Source: a virus
Taxonomy: Duplodnaviria; Caudoviricetes
Strand: one strand, 5' to 3'
DNA length: 60,859 bases
Virus record (IMG/VR): IMGVR_UViG_3300027896_000043
Span: 1-60,859 of that record
Part shown: piece by piece, positions 1-8,445 of the stretch
How the letters are laid out: each line of letters opens with the position of its first letter
How positions within the stretch are numbered: the stretch's first letter is position 1
The notes under the pieces: generated by a model
What the model was told of the DNA's origin: nothing
Database searches by the model: none
Seen by the model: the letters and a program-made list of their open reading frames with translations, nothing else
Program-made: the position numbers and the translations under genes

Positions 1-2
1 CC

Positions 3-632
3 GGATATAAGGGATCCGATTATTCTGAAATATCAATTCCGAATACGATTGACGGACTCCCGGTAAGAACTATTGCCGATGGTGCACTTGCGTACAGACA
101 TTTAAAGAGCATAATTATCCCAAACAGTGTAACTTATATAGGGTTCTATTCGTTCGGAGGAAACAATTTCTCCACTATAACTATACCATCAAGTGTAGAG
201 TTCCTCGGAACGAACGTTGTCGGAGGAAATCCTGATCTAACCAGTATCAACGTTGAATCAAATAATGAACATTATTTAAGTATGGATGGTGTATTATTCA
301 ATAAAGCACGGACGATTCTACTTGCATATCCAGCTGCAAACTCTAGGACTAGTTATATTATTCCGGACGGAGTAGTTTCAACTGACTATCAAGTGGGACA
401 AAACGCATTGTATCTAACCAATATTATTTTCCCGGCAAGTATAACTACAATCGGATTCGGGAACTTCTCGGGTAATCATAACCTAATCAGCGCGTCATTT
501 ATGGGGAACGCGCCATCGTGGGCAGCGTATATATTTTATGCGGCCTCACCGGAATTAAAAATCTACTATCCGGCAACCGCAACTGGTTGGACTACTCCGA
601 CTTGGAACGGGTATACAACGGTCCCGGTTTAA
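3..632 (+). CDS. Partial (5'-truncated) BspA-type/LRR_5 leucine-rich repeat protein, probably virion or host-surface interacting
   Basis: Frame is open from position 3: IPNTIDGLPVRTIADGAL..SIIIPNSVTYIG..TITIPSSVEFLG..LTSINVESNNEHYLSMDGVLFNK..FMGNAPS. These are LRR_5-type repeats. The track's start at 282 is internal. Confidence 0.8.
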   Translation, partial: GYKGSDYSEISIPNTIDGLPVRTIADGALAYRHLKSIIIPNSVTYIGFYSFGGNNFSTITIPSSVEFLGTNVVGGNPDLTSINVESNNEHYLSMDGVLFNKARTILLAYPAANSRTSYIIPDGVVSTDYQVGQNALYLTNIIFPASITTIGFGNFSGNHNLISASFMGNAPSWAAYIFYAASPELKIYYPATATGWTTPTWNGYTTVPV

Positions 633-660
633 TTTTCTCGGAAATAAAATTTCCGGATGA

Positions 661-667
661 TATTTAT
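661..667 (+). promoter_or_regulatory. Putative phage late promoter motif TATTTAT (first of many copies)
   Basis: The same heptamer recurs just upstream of starts at 5063, 19975, 22347, 25144, 31362, 33162, 36482, 42308, 50251, 55080, 60837, and on the - strand at 5572-5578. Confidence 0.65.
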
Positions 668-684
668 TAACGAAATATTCCTCT

Positions 685-3120
685 ATGTCAGCACCAAAAC
701 ATATCACCGAGTTACTAAATAAAATATTATCCGAATCACCGGATCGGCCGCTTCGTGGAGCATATGACTGCGAAGCTGAAGCCGATGATAAACTCGAATC
801 GATTGGACTGGATCCAAAAACGATTAAGCAATTACGTTGGTCCGATGAAGAAGCGGTTACCTTTGCAGTTGATGCTAAATATCACGTTGTTATGTGGGTG
901 GCAAATAGTGCAGATCAACGTGCGTTTCAACACGCGGATATGGATGATCTTTTTACTGGTGGATTGCGTGACGCAAAAATTGATAAGGGAGTTAGTGGAA
1001 TGGATTGGAATAAATATAAAATTTTAGCTAGATGGCACAAAGATTTTTTTAATTCCGGAGAACGTGCAAATGCAAACATGATGATGGGGAGATTGTGGAG
1101 AAAAAATAGATTTGTTTCTTTCTGGAATCGGAAGGCCGATGTTATGAAGGAGTGGAGAGTAATTGAAGATTTTATTGTAAATTTAGGAATTGATCCACGA
1201 AAATGTATATATGAATTTATTGATAAATTGGATGTTGAATTATATGGTGAGTTAAAAGATAAGGATTCAATTTCAACAAAAAAAATGTCTCCGGGAGAAT
1301 TGTCCGCGTTGCATACTAACACCGACGGCGGAATTGAAAAGAAAAAAGCTCTAGGTAATATTGGAAAATATAGATCAGCACAAAGTCAATATTCTCGAAT
1401 TGGAGACGGAACACTTAAGCTTGGTAATTTATTAAAAGAAGATCCGGATAAAATTAAAACCGACGATGGGCAATGGGAATTTACGGATATTGACGCGGTC
1501 ACATTTATATATCGAGTACAAGACGCATTGTTATTCAAAGTCAGAACCGGACAGGGTTGGGACGATAAATCTAAAATGTTTCATTCCGATTTATTAGGAT
1601 TATTTTCCAGTATAGGAAATGTATTTAAGCATGACTCAATTGATACGGAGGAAGGTGATAATGAAAAAATAAGAACTGTGTATCAATTCAACGAATATTC
1701 CGATATAATGGGACTTGATATCACGTGGGACGACCGGGGCGGTTTGATTCACGTCGGAAATAATAAAACCATTCAATGTTTTGGCGATACGAATAAAACT
1801 ATAAAATTTTTTGAATCGTTGGCAACCAATGATCCCGATGAAATTATATGTTCAAGTTTTCGAATGAAATATTCTTCCATTGGTATAATGGGAAGATATT
1901 GGGAAGACACCGAGGTTTCATCATTTTGGTTAAATAAACGAGATCTCGGACGATTGATTGCTAAAGGATCGATGGATGCATATTTCGAATATATGGGAAT
2001 TGATACAGAAAATGCAAAACTTAATACCATAGAACGAAACGCTGGAATTTTTAGCGTTAAAGATGCACTGCAAGCCGCGACCGGTAAGGCAACTATATCG
2101 AAAAAAGATATGACCGACATCATGTCCCGAAAACATCTAGGAAAAGGAAATAAAAATATCGCAGGAGATAAAGACGAAACCGATGTCGCCGCGGAGAAGA
2201 AACGACGTGAAGATAATTATGAACTTTGGCAGAGCACTCCACATATTCGTAAAAAAGACGCAGCATATAATAATTTATTACCTGCACTGGAAGAATTGAA
2301 TGTACTTCACGAAAATCCGGACACTGTAATGGATCCAAATGGTAGCGGACGAACTTTATGTAAATGGTATGATGGAAGTGCTAACGCATTTTTTGCATTC
2401 CCAAATCTTAGTGCAATTTTACCAACCGAACCACATGATGTTCTATGGCGTGGAATTAGACAATGTTATCGTGAACAAAGTCTCGAACCATTGGATAGAA
2501 ACTCAGATTATTCCGACATGAAATTTAGTTCTATTCCAGAAGCACTTGAGCAATTGAAACCGACTTCATTTCTGGGAAAACAAATTTCGTTGGATTTGGA
2601 AAATAAACTTGGTGATATTCGGAACAGTATTCCGAATACATTGGTTGGAAGAATTTGGACAAATAAAAAAGTAATTTCGTTCTGGAATAAACGATCTGAT
2701 GTATTGGCCCGTTGGAAAAATATAGAGGAGATGTTTAATTCCGATATTGGAAAACGGAATTTTGGAAAGTTGGAAGATTATCAAATTGATTGGATCGAAC
2801 GTGACCACGACGGTAGAGATATGACGCCGACAAGTAAAATTTCATCATCGGAGAAATCAGACGATCAATTGGGCTTCATAAAACAATTAATAGACGATCC
2901 AAACGAAGTTGACGACGAAACGCTAAATAAACTCAGAGAGAAATTACATTTACTTGATCCACGAGAGAAAAAGGAAGCAATGGAACTCCTTGGTATGACT
3001 ACTCCACACAAAGCTGCCGTAATCGCGGATAAACTCGGTATGAGTGTCGCGGAATTTAATCACATCATGAAAGTAAACGAGTCGGCCATTCGGTTGAAAA
3101 ATTTCGTTCCACGAAAATAA
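685..3120 (+). CDS. Hypothetical 811-aa protein with three tandem paralogous domains; probable protease-processed internal head protein
   Basis: Three repeats of L-x-E|x-P-D ... DxxAxxF ... H-x(1-2)-D ... GRxW-x5-SFW. TATTTAT motif upstream. Confidence 0.7.
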   Translation: MSAPKHITELLNKILSESPDRPLRGAYDCEAEADDKLESIGLDPKTIKQLRWSDEEAVTFAVDAKYHVVMWVANSADQRAFQHADMDDLFTGGLRDAKIDKGVSGMDWNKYKILARWHKDFFNSGERANANMMMGRLWRKNRFVSFWNRKADVMKEWRVIEDFIVNLGIDPRKCIYEFIDKLDVELYGELKDKDSISTKKMSPGELSALHTNTDGGIEKKKALGNIGKYRSAQSQYSRIGDGTLKLGNLLKEDPDKIKTDDGQWEFTDIDAVTFIYRVQDALLFKVRTGQGWDDKSKMFHSDLLGLFSSIGNVFKHDSIDTEEGDNEKIRTVYQFNEYSDIMGLDITWDDRGGLIHVGNNKTIQCFGDTNKTIKFFESLATNDPDEIICSSFRMKYSSIGIMGRYWEDTEVSSFWLNKRDLGRLIAKGSMDAYFEYMGIDTENAKLNTIERNAGIFSVKDALQAATGKATISKKDMTDIMSRKHLGKGNKNIAGDKDETDVAAEKKRREDNYELWQSTPHIRKKDAAYNNLLPALEELNVLHENPDTVMDPNGSGRTLCKWYDGSANAFFAFPNLSAILPTEPHDVLWRGIRQCYREQSLEPLDRNSDYSDMKFSSIPEALEQLKPTSFLGKQISLDLENKLGDIRNSIPNTLVGRIWTNKKVISFWNKRSDVLARWKNIEEMFNSDIGKRNFGKLEDYQIDWIERDHDGRDMTPTSKISSSEKSDDQLGFIKQLIDDPNEVDDETLNKLREKLHLLDPREKKEAMELLGMTTPHKAAVIADKLGMSVAEFNHIMKVNESAIRLKNFVPRK

Positions 3121-3329
3121 CAAATTATTTGTATCCGGGAGTAAATATTGTCCGACAAATTCCACGAACATGAAACATTTTGTTCGGTTTATTTTGTACT
3201 ATTTTCTTGACTAAGCACTTCAAATGTAAATATGCATGTGATAAACGAGAAACTGGTACGGTATGCTGCATATGTTAGTTTGATATTATTTAGTAGTATT
3301 CCCCTAAGTCGTCAATCGAATAATTATCA

Positions 3330-3359
3330 TTGACATTCAATTAAAATCATACATATTAT
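3330..3359 (+). promoter_or_regulatory. sigma70-like early promoter
   Basis: TTGACA (3330) - 18 nt - TATTAT (3354), with ATG at 3364. Confidence 0.5.
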
Positions 3360-3363
3360 AATT

Positions 3364-3567
3364 ATGAAAATAAAAATTCTTCCTGTAAATAAGCACTTAA
3401 AAAATCGAATCCATCAACATGGAGATGTTTGGGAGATCATAACTGAAGATTTAACGACCGGAAGAATTTTGGCACAATCCCAAAATCTGACGTTTTCTGG
3501 GAAGTGCGGAACAAAGGAACATGATCTACGTTGGGTGAGTCCGGGAGAGTTTGAACTAATTCCTTGA
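3364..3567 (+). CDS. Hypothetical protein, 67 aa
   Basis: ORF behind a sigma70-like promoter and co-oriented with neighbours. Confidence 0.6.
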   Translation: MKIKILPVNKHLKNRIHQHGDVWEIITEDLTTGRILAQSQNLTFSGKCGTKEHDLRWVSPGEFELIP

Positions 3568-3592
3568 CTTTTGTTTGTTTGTTGAATATCGT
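3564..3592 (+). promoter_or_regulatory. sigma70-like promoter
   Basis: TTGACT - 17 nt - TATCGT, 8 nt before the ATG at 3601. Confidence 0.4.
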
Positions 3593-3600
3593 TATTAACC

Positions 3601-3774
3601 ATGAAAAAATTAACGTTGGATCTGTCGATGTTATCCGTTGACGCTGTGCGATCAATTGAAGAAGTTTTGTTGATCGAACTTGAACGTTTGCGAGAAGATG
3701 CAAGTAACCCATCAAAAACCAGAGATCGACTTGTCGTTGAATTGGACAAACTTGAATCATATTTAGATGTTTGA
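3601..3774 (+). CDS. Hypothetical 57-aa helical protein (not in ORF track)
   Basis: Translated by hand: MKKLTLDLSMLSVDAVRSIEEVLLIELERLREDASNPSKTRDRLVVELDKLESYLDV*. Fills the gap between neighbours. Confidence 0.6.
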   Translation: MKKLTLDLSMLSVDAVRSIEEVLLIELERLREDASNPSKTRDRLVVELDKLESYLDV

Positions 3775-3819
3775 TTAATTTTATTGACATTTCATTTAAG
3801 TTAATTAACTTAGTTTGAC

Positions 3820-4053
3820 ATGACCACCGAAAAATTAACACTTGAACAACGCAGAAATTTTATCGAGTCTCTCGTAAAGCGGGGACGAAAAATTAAAATT
3901 CTATCGCTTGATCGAGACTCTGGAATTTCTCTTGAACCAACCGACAATGATATCCACGATGAATTGGAAACTTTAATTGCATTCAAAACGGATTCCAATC
4001 GTGAAATGGAATGTGAACGATTTGACGATGTCATTGAAAAAACCGAGGAATAA
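3820..4053 (+). CDS. Hypothetical protein, 77 aa
   Basis: ORF in a tightly packed + strand run, with TTGACA at 3784 upstream. Confidence 0.6.
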   Translation: MTTEKLTLEQRRNFIESLVKRGRKIKILSLDRDSGISLEPTDNDIHDELETLIAFKTDSNREMECERFDDVIEKTEE

Positions 4054-4054
4054 T

Positions 4055-4546
4055 ATGACTCGTTTAAATGCGTTAATTCAATTGATAGATAGTTATTTAG
4101 AAAATCTATCGGAAACCGATTTATATAAAGTACTGGATTTATTGAGAAATACGGACGAACAGCGTACCGTCAATAAAATTACCAGTAAAGTTAATGCTCC
4201 ACTTGGATATTCATCTGATAATATTAAATATACCGGATCAGATCCATATATCGATTCTATAGTATCAAAAATTGAATCCCAAAATTTAAATACCGCACAT
4301 TATGGCATATTAATATCGACGCTTAGCAATCCCCATAACAATCATCTCTATATCCAAGTGAATTTTGGAGTGGTAAATAAATTTGACGCACAACTATCGG
4401 TTTGGAACGTCAATAATTCTTATAAATTAAAACTTATACATGAAGAATTTACGAGTAGTAAAGATAATACATTTTACCCGCTAACCGTGGATGACGGCTT
4501 GACACGGTTAGCGTCAACATACAACATACTGGCCGGAGATAAGTAA
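4055..4546 (+). CDS. Hypothetical protein (likely start MTRLNAL at 4055)
   Basis: The ATG lies 1 nt after the upstream stop, whereas the track start at 3977 overlaps the previous gene. Confidence 0.6.
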   Translation: MTRLNALIQLIDSYLENLSETDLYKVLDLLRNTDEQRTVNKITSKVNAPLGYSSDNIKYTGSDPYIDSIVSKIESQNLNTAHYGILISTLSNPHNNHLYIQVNFGVVNKFDAQLSVWNVNNSYKLKLIHEEFTSSKDNTFYPLTVDDGLTRLASTYNILAGDK

Positions 4547-4560
4547 TACAGATACATAAT

Positions 4561-4773
4561 ATGAGTCAAGATAGAACATACGCAACGGAATCAATTGAAT
4601 CGTTTGGTGAATCATTTGCGGTATTCCGTAATGGTTTCCGAGTTTCTGATTCCATTTATCCCTCCTCGTTTTACGCACAAGATGAGTTGGACTATTGGCG
4701 AGGAATCATTCGAAATTGGCCGGACGGATCCAGAATTGAAATTCGCAAACTACATTCCCGAGTATCACGTTAA
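4561..4773 (+). CDS. Hypothetical protein, 70 aa
   Basis: ORF packing and protein-like composition. Confidence 0.6.
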   Translation: MSQDRTYATESIESFGESFAVFRNGFRVSDSIYPSSFYAQDELDYWRGIIRNWPDGSRIEIRKLHSRVSR

Positions 4774-4776
4774 ACT

Positions 4777-5025
4777 ATGAAAACTAAAGGTCTCAGACAG
4801 AGAATTTCCGAATCGGAATCTATTAGTAATGTCGATTTTCTCATGACGGAAGGAAAGAAATTTGACATGGCAAGTGATTCGACTCGGCGAGCGTGGAAAT
4901 CTACCGCTAATAAACGTCGAGCAAAATTATCCGGAACATCTCCGCCAATTTCATCAGTCGAAGTTGATGTGGAAACGGAACTTCCATCGGCGGCAAAAAA
5001 GCGTAAAGTAAAGAGGAAGAGTTAA
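4777..5025 (+). CDS. Hypothetical basic protein, 82 aa
   Basis: ORF 3 nt after the previous stop, followed by a GGGGAAGC..GCTTCCCC hairpin. Confidence 0.6.
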   Translation: MKTKGLRQRISESESISNVDFLMTEGKKFDMASDSTRRAWKSTANKRRAKLSGTSPPISSVEVDVETELPSAAKKRKVKRKS

Positions 5026-5032
5026 TTATTCG

Positions 5033-5060
5033 GGGGAAGCAATGTTTTGCTTCCCCTTTT
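5033..5060 (+). terminator. Rho-independent terminator
   Basis: GGGGAAGCAA-TGTT-TTGCTTCCCC stem-loop followed by a T run. Confidence 0.65.
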
Positions 5061-5073
5061 TATATTTATCAGC

Positions 5074-5277
5074 GTGAATATAGAAATAACAGAAAAAGAA
5101 GCAGTCACGCGGGCATCACGTGGACAGTTAACGATCTGTGCGATGTGCTATGACATACGAGGAAAAATCGTAATGATTGAATATGATGAATCAAAAAAAT
5201 TAGGTATCGTCCGCAATTTCTGCGAAGAATGTCTTAGTTCGCAGAAGGGATGTCGGTCGTGCTCTTCCCGCCGATAA
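5074..5277 (+). CDS. Small Cys-rich (zinc ribbon-like) protein, probable GTG start
   Basis: CAMC, CEEC and CRSC motifs. TATTTAT at 5063 is 4 nt before the GTG. Confidence 0.45.
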   Translation: MNIEITEKEAVTRASRGQLTICAMCYDIRGKIVMIEYDESKKLGIVRNFCEECLSSQKGCRSCSSRR

Positions 5278-5542
5278 TGGTCGATAACCATTTAGGAGAA
5301 GTGTGTGGACAGGTTGATTGTGGTAAATATAACTTTCCAACTGAACATCCACATACTCCACATTTCCCAGTATTCAAAAACGCATCAGGTTTCCAATATT
5401 CACACGCTTTACAAAATTGAAGTCTACGTTGGAATGTTTCCGGGTCCACGCGTTGAAATCCAGACTGAGCCCAACCTCCTATAGCTGATGCGAAATTTTT
5501 TGCCTTTTGTAGCATATCTGCTTCCGGAATGTTTTTGTCCAT
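5234..5542 (-). CDS. Small Cys-rich protein (CxxC..CxxCGC..CP..KW, DUF6171-like)
   Basis: RRLQFCKACEYW..GKCGVCGC..STCPHTSPKW. Likely start MDKNIPE at 5542, with TATTTAT upstream on the - strand. Confidence 0.65.
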   Translation of the reverse strand: MDKNIPEADMLQKAKNFASAIGGWAQSGFQRVDPETFQRRLQFCKACEYWKPDAFLNTGKCGVCGCSVGKLYLPQSTCPHTSPKWLSTIIGGKSTTDIPSAN

Positions 5543-5590
5543 GATAGTTATGTTCGTTACGATACTTATCCATAAATATTCGGTTAACAA

Positions 5591-5944
5591 ATGAAGACAT
5601 CAAAAAAAAATAATTTATCACCGACAATGATAAATCTTCCATCTAATAATGTTGATATGGAAAAATTTATAATCGACAACCGGGATTATTTGTACCAGAA
5701 TATTATTGATAATATTGAATATGCTCTCAATTCTAAACAAGTAATGGCAAAAATATTTGAATTTGAAAATTCTCCCTTTGTAATTTTTATCGAACATAAA
5801 AATTTCCGTGAAAATTTAGAACATATATTCGACGAAAGTTTAAAATTTGAAAAATATGAATTATGTGCAAAAATAAAAAATTTGTTAGTAAGATTAGATA
5901 AACCACACTACATTAAGAGTTATAAAAAAATCAATATATTATAA
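5591..5944 (+). CDS. Hypothetical protein with UVR-like C-terminal helix (EKYELCAKIKN)
   Basis: ORF immediately upstream of phoH with an ExYExCAxIK motif. Confidence 0.6.
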   Translation: MKTSKKNNLSPTMINLPSNNVDMEKFIIDNRDYLYQNIIDNIEYALNSKQVMAKIFEFENSPFVIFIEHKNFRENLEHIFDESLKFEKYELCAKIKNLLVRLDKPHYIKSYKKINIL

Positions 5945-5945
5945 T

Positions 5946-6743
5946 ATGTCAAAAAAATCTCGTCTGAAAAAGGAAATTGATGGAATTCTGGATGCAAATG
6001 CAGAATCTCTCAAAAAAAAGGACACTAGTCCAGTAGTTCACCAAAAGTCGAAACTAAAAAATGAATTAAATATTTTTCACAGAGAGTTAACTCAAAATCA
6101 ACAGGCGTTTTTATCAATGGCACTCGATAAAAATGTTAAGATGATTGTCATTTCTGGGCCGGCCGGAACAGCGAAAACTTTTAGTTGCGTATTGGCCGCA
6201 TTAGAATTACTGTCAGCAAAACGAGTGAGTGACATTATTTATGTAAGAAGCATTGTGGAAAGTTCAGATGCCAAAATGGGATTTTTACCGGGAGAAAGTG
6301 CCGATAAATTTGCACCATACCGTCAACCGTTGATGGATAAAGTTGGAGAGCTTTTGTCACCGACAGAATCCAAAATGCTGGAAACGGAGAATAGACTACA
6401 GGGATTGCCCGTTGGATTTTTGCGCGGATTAAACTGGAACGCAAACGTGATCATCGCTGATGAAGCTCAGAACATGACAAAAAAGGAATTGGTCACTGTT
6501 ATGACTCGCGTCGGAGAATTTAGTAAATTATTTGTAATCGGTGATCCGGAACAATCAGACATTGGCTGTAAATCTGGATTTCAGGAAGTATACGATTTAT
6601 TTAATGACGATGAAAGTCGTGAAAATGGAATCTATACATTTCAATTTACTGACGATGATATTGTTAGAAGTAAATTGGTACAGTTTATTTCAAAAAAAAT
6701 CAAGAAACCTAAATTAGATTATACTTATAGACATAATGGCTAA
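5946..6743 (+). CDS. phoH: PhoH-family ATPase
   Basis: GPAGTAKT Walker A, MGFLPG, FLRGLNW, IIADEAQN, TRVGE, GDPEQSD, DIVRS. Confidence 0.95.
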   Translation: MSKKSRLKKEIDGILDANAESLKKKDTSPVVHQKSKLKNELNIFHRELTQNQQAFLSMALDKNVKMIVISGPAGTAKTFSCVLAALELLSAKRVSDIIYVRSIVESSDAKMGFLPGESADKFAPYRQPLMDKVGELLSPTESKMLETENRLQGLPVGFLRGLNWNANVIIADEAQNMTKKELVTVMTRVGEFSKLFVIGDPEQSDIGCKSGFQEVYDLFNDDESRENGIYTFQFTDDDIVRSKLVQFISKKIKKPKLDYTYRHNG

Positions 6744-7248
6744 TCAGAAGATTTCAGACTTTCGTCGGTTAACGGCAACTCAACTAGCACCGGGAGATTT
6801 GTTCCCAGTTATAGATGTGAGCGAACCAACCACTCCAACGGGAGAAACTAAGTCTGTAAATGCAAATGAATTAGCACAGTATATTCTAAATAATTATGCA
6901 GCGACTGGAAGTAGATTTATTGTTAGATATTCTTCCAGTTTTTCCAACTATCTAGGTGGTGGAGCAAACATTTTGCCCACCAACTACGTGTTGACAAATG
7001 TTGTAGTTGAAACTTCAGGGAATCCTATCGTTTCAATTGGAACCAGTAACAACATTGCTCCACCATATGCTAGTATAACAGGATCGTGGAACGACAATCG
7101 AGTATATCCAACTCAAGCATCATATGATGTAAATTATCTGGAAGTTTCAACGTATGGAGCGGTTCATCCACTTAGGACTGTTTGGGTCCAATTTTATAGC
7201 GGAAGCGACTGTCCATGTGAATTTAGTTTTGAAGGTTTTACCCGATAA
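6736..7248 (+). CDS. Putative virion/tail-fibre-associated protein
   Basis: N-terminal MANQKISDF..GDLFPVID..GETKSV motif typical of phage fibre N-termini. TACTTAT at 6722. Confidence 0.55.
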   Translation: MANQKISDFRRLTATQLAPGDLFPVIDVSEPTTPTGETKSVNANELAQYILNNYAATGSRFIVRYSSSFSNYLGGGANILPTNYVLTNVVVETSGNPIVSIGTSNNIAPPYASITGSWNDNRVYPTQASYDVNYLEVSTYGAVHPLRTVWVQFYSGSDCPCEFSFEGFTR

Positions 7249-7253
7249 TATTT

Positions 7254-8345
7254 ATGCCACAAGGACTACCCGGATTTTTTGAACCAGAGGGCCATGTTTA
7301 TGGTAAATCTGGAGAATTATATAGAAGTCAAACTTCACTATATATAAAAACTTCACATGACACATTAAACGTTGGATGGACATATATAACAGGATCATTG
7401 GTGTTCATTACTCCGACGCCTACTCCGACCGTTACTGCTACGCCTACACCAACAATAACTCCGACATTTACGCCGACACAAACATTGACGCCGACCGTAA
7501 ATCCGACGTCTACCCCGACTCCGACAATAACCCAAACTCCATCGTTTGCTGGATTATACGGAACATATTTTTCGAATACAACTTACGGCGGATCTAATTT
7601 TTATAACAATCCGTCTGTACCATCTATAAATTTTGATTATAGTACTCCAGCAGGTCCGCCCGGGGTTCCTGATCCAAATTCGTGGTCCGTAATATTTTCC
7701 GGTTCAATATTCGTAGCATCTACAGATAATTATGACTTTCAATTTACATCGGATGACCGTGGTAATTTATTCATCGATGGATCCGAATTAATAGCCGAAA
7801 CTTCTACCGGAACAGCAACCAATATATTATTGTCTGTCGGTTGGCACTCATTTGGATTTAAATTTAAACAATTGACGGCTGGTCACGCTGCAAGTACAAT
7901 AAATTGGAAAAAAACATCGGGGGTAGTATATTCGGTTATTACACAATTTGGAAATCCGTATGGTCCAATTACGCCAGCAATAACTCCGACACCGACGCCG
8001 GCAATTACAACAACTCCGACACCGACAATTACAGCAACTCCAACTATAGTATGTGATTTATATTCCGTGTGGCCAGAATCTATGTACACTAATCCACCAT
8101 TCAATACTGTTATCTTATATCAAGCAGGCGTTTCTTATATAGATTGCGCTGGTTCTGCTGCCACTGCTGGGTGTGGATATACGGTACCGGGTGGTGGTAC
8201 GCCGTGTGACGGATTGGCTATATGCGTACATCCCGGTACTACACCGGTCGTAACTCTCGGCGGAATCACGTTAAGTTCAACGTGTACTGGAAATCCACAT
8301 CCAATAGAACACGTTGGCGAACACCCAACGTGGACACTTGGATAA
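7254..8345 (+). CDS. PA14-domain protein flanked by Pro/Thr-rich (mucin-like) linkers, with a Cys-rich C-terminus
   Basis: GLYGTYF..SINFDY..WSVIFSGSI..YDFQFTSDDRGNLFIDG..GWHSF (PA14). Two (TP)n tracts at about 7409-7542 and 7969-8047. Confidence 0.75.
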   Translation: MPQGLPGFFEPEGHVYGKSGELYRSQTSLYIKTSHDTLNVGWTYITGSLVFITPTPTPTVTATPTPTITPTFTPTQTLTPTVNPTSTPTPTITQTPSFAGLYGTYFSNTTYGGSNFYNNPSVPSINFDYSTPAGPPGVPDPNSWSVIFSGSIFVASTDNYDFQFTSDDRGNLFIDGSELIAETSTGTATNILLSVGWHSFGFKFKQLTAGHAASTINWKKTSGVVYSVITQFGNPYGPITPAITPTPTPAITTTPTPTITATPTIVCDLYSVWPESMYTNPPFNTVILYQAGVSYIDCAGSAATAGCGYTVPGGGTPCDGLAICVHPGTTPVVTLGGITLSSTCTGNPHPIEHVGEHPTWTLG

Positions 8346-8445
8346 TTTCACATGATCCGGTAGATTTTCGGATACGAAATACAACGATAATTCGTAAGCC
8401 ACCAATTGGATAAAGATCAAGGAGTAGTTCGCTGGATAATAATTT

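Noticed and set aside
7249-7255. TATTTAT late promoter for ORF 7254
   Set aside because: The heptamer overlaps the start codon itself, so it cannot promote this ORF and is likely a chance AT-rich match.
7409-8047. DNA-level tandem repeat or diversity-generating retroelement target in the TP tracts
   Set aside because: Codons vary freely, so the repeat is at protein level. No reverse transcriptase or TR/VR pair is seen in the window.
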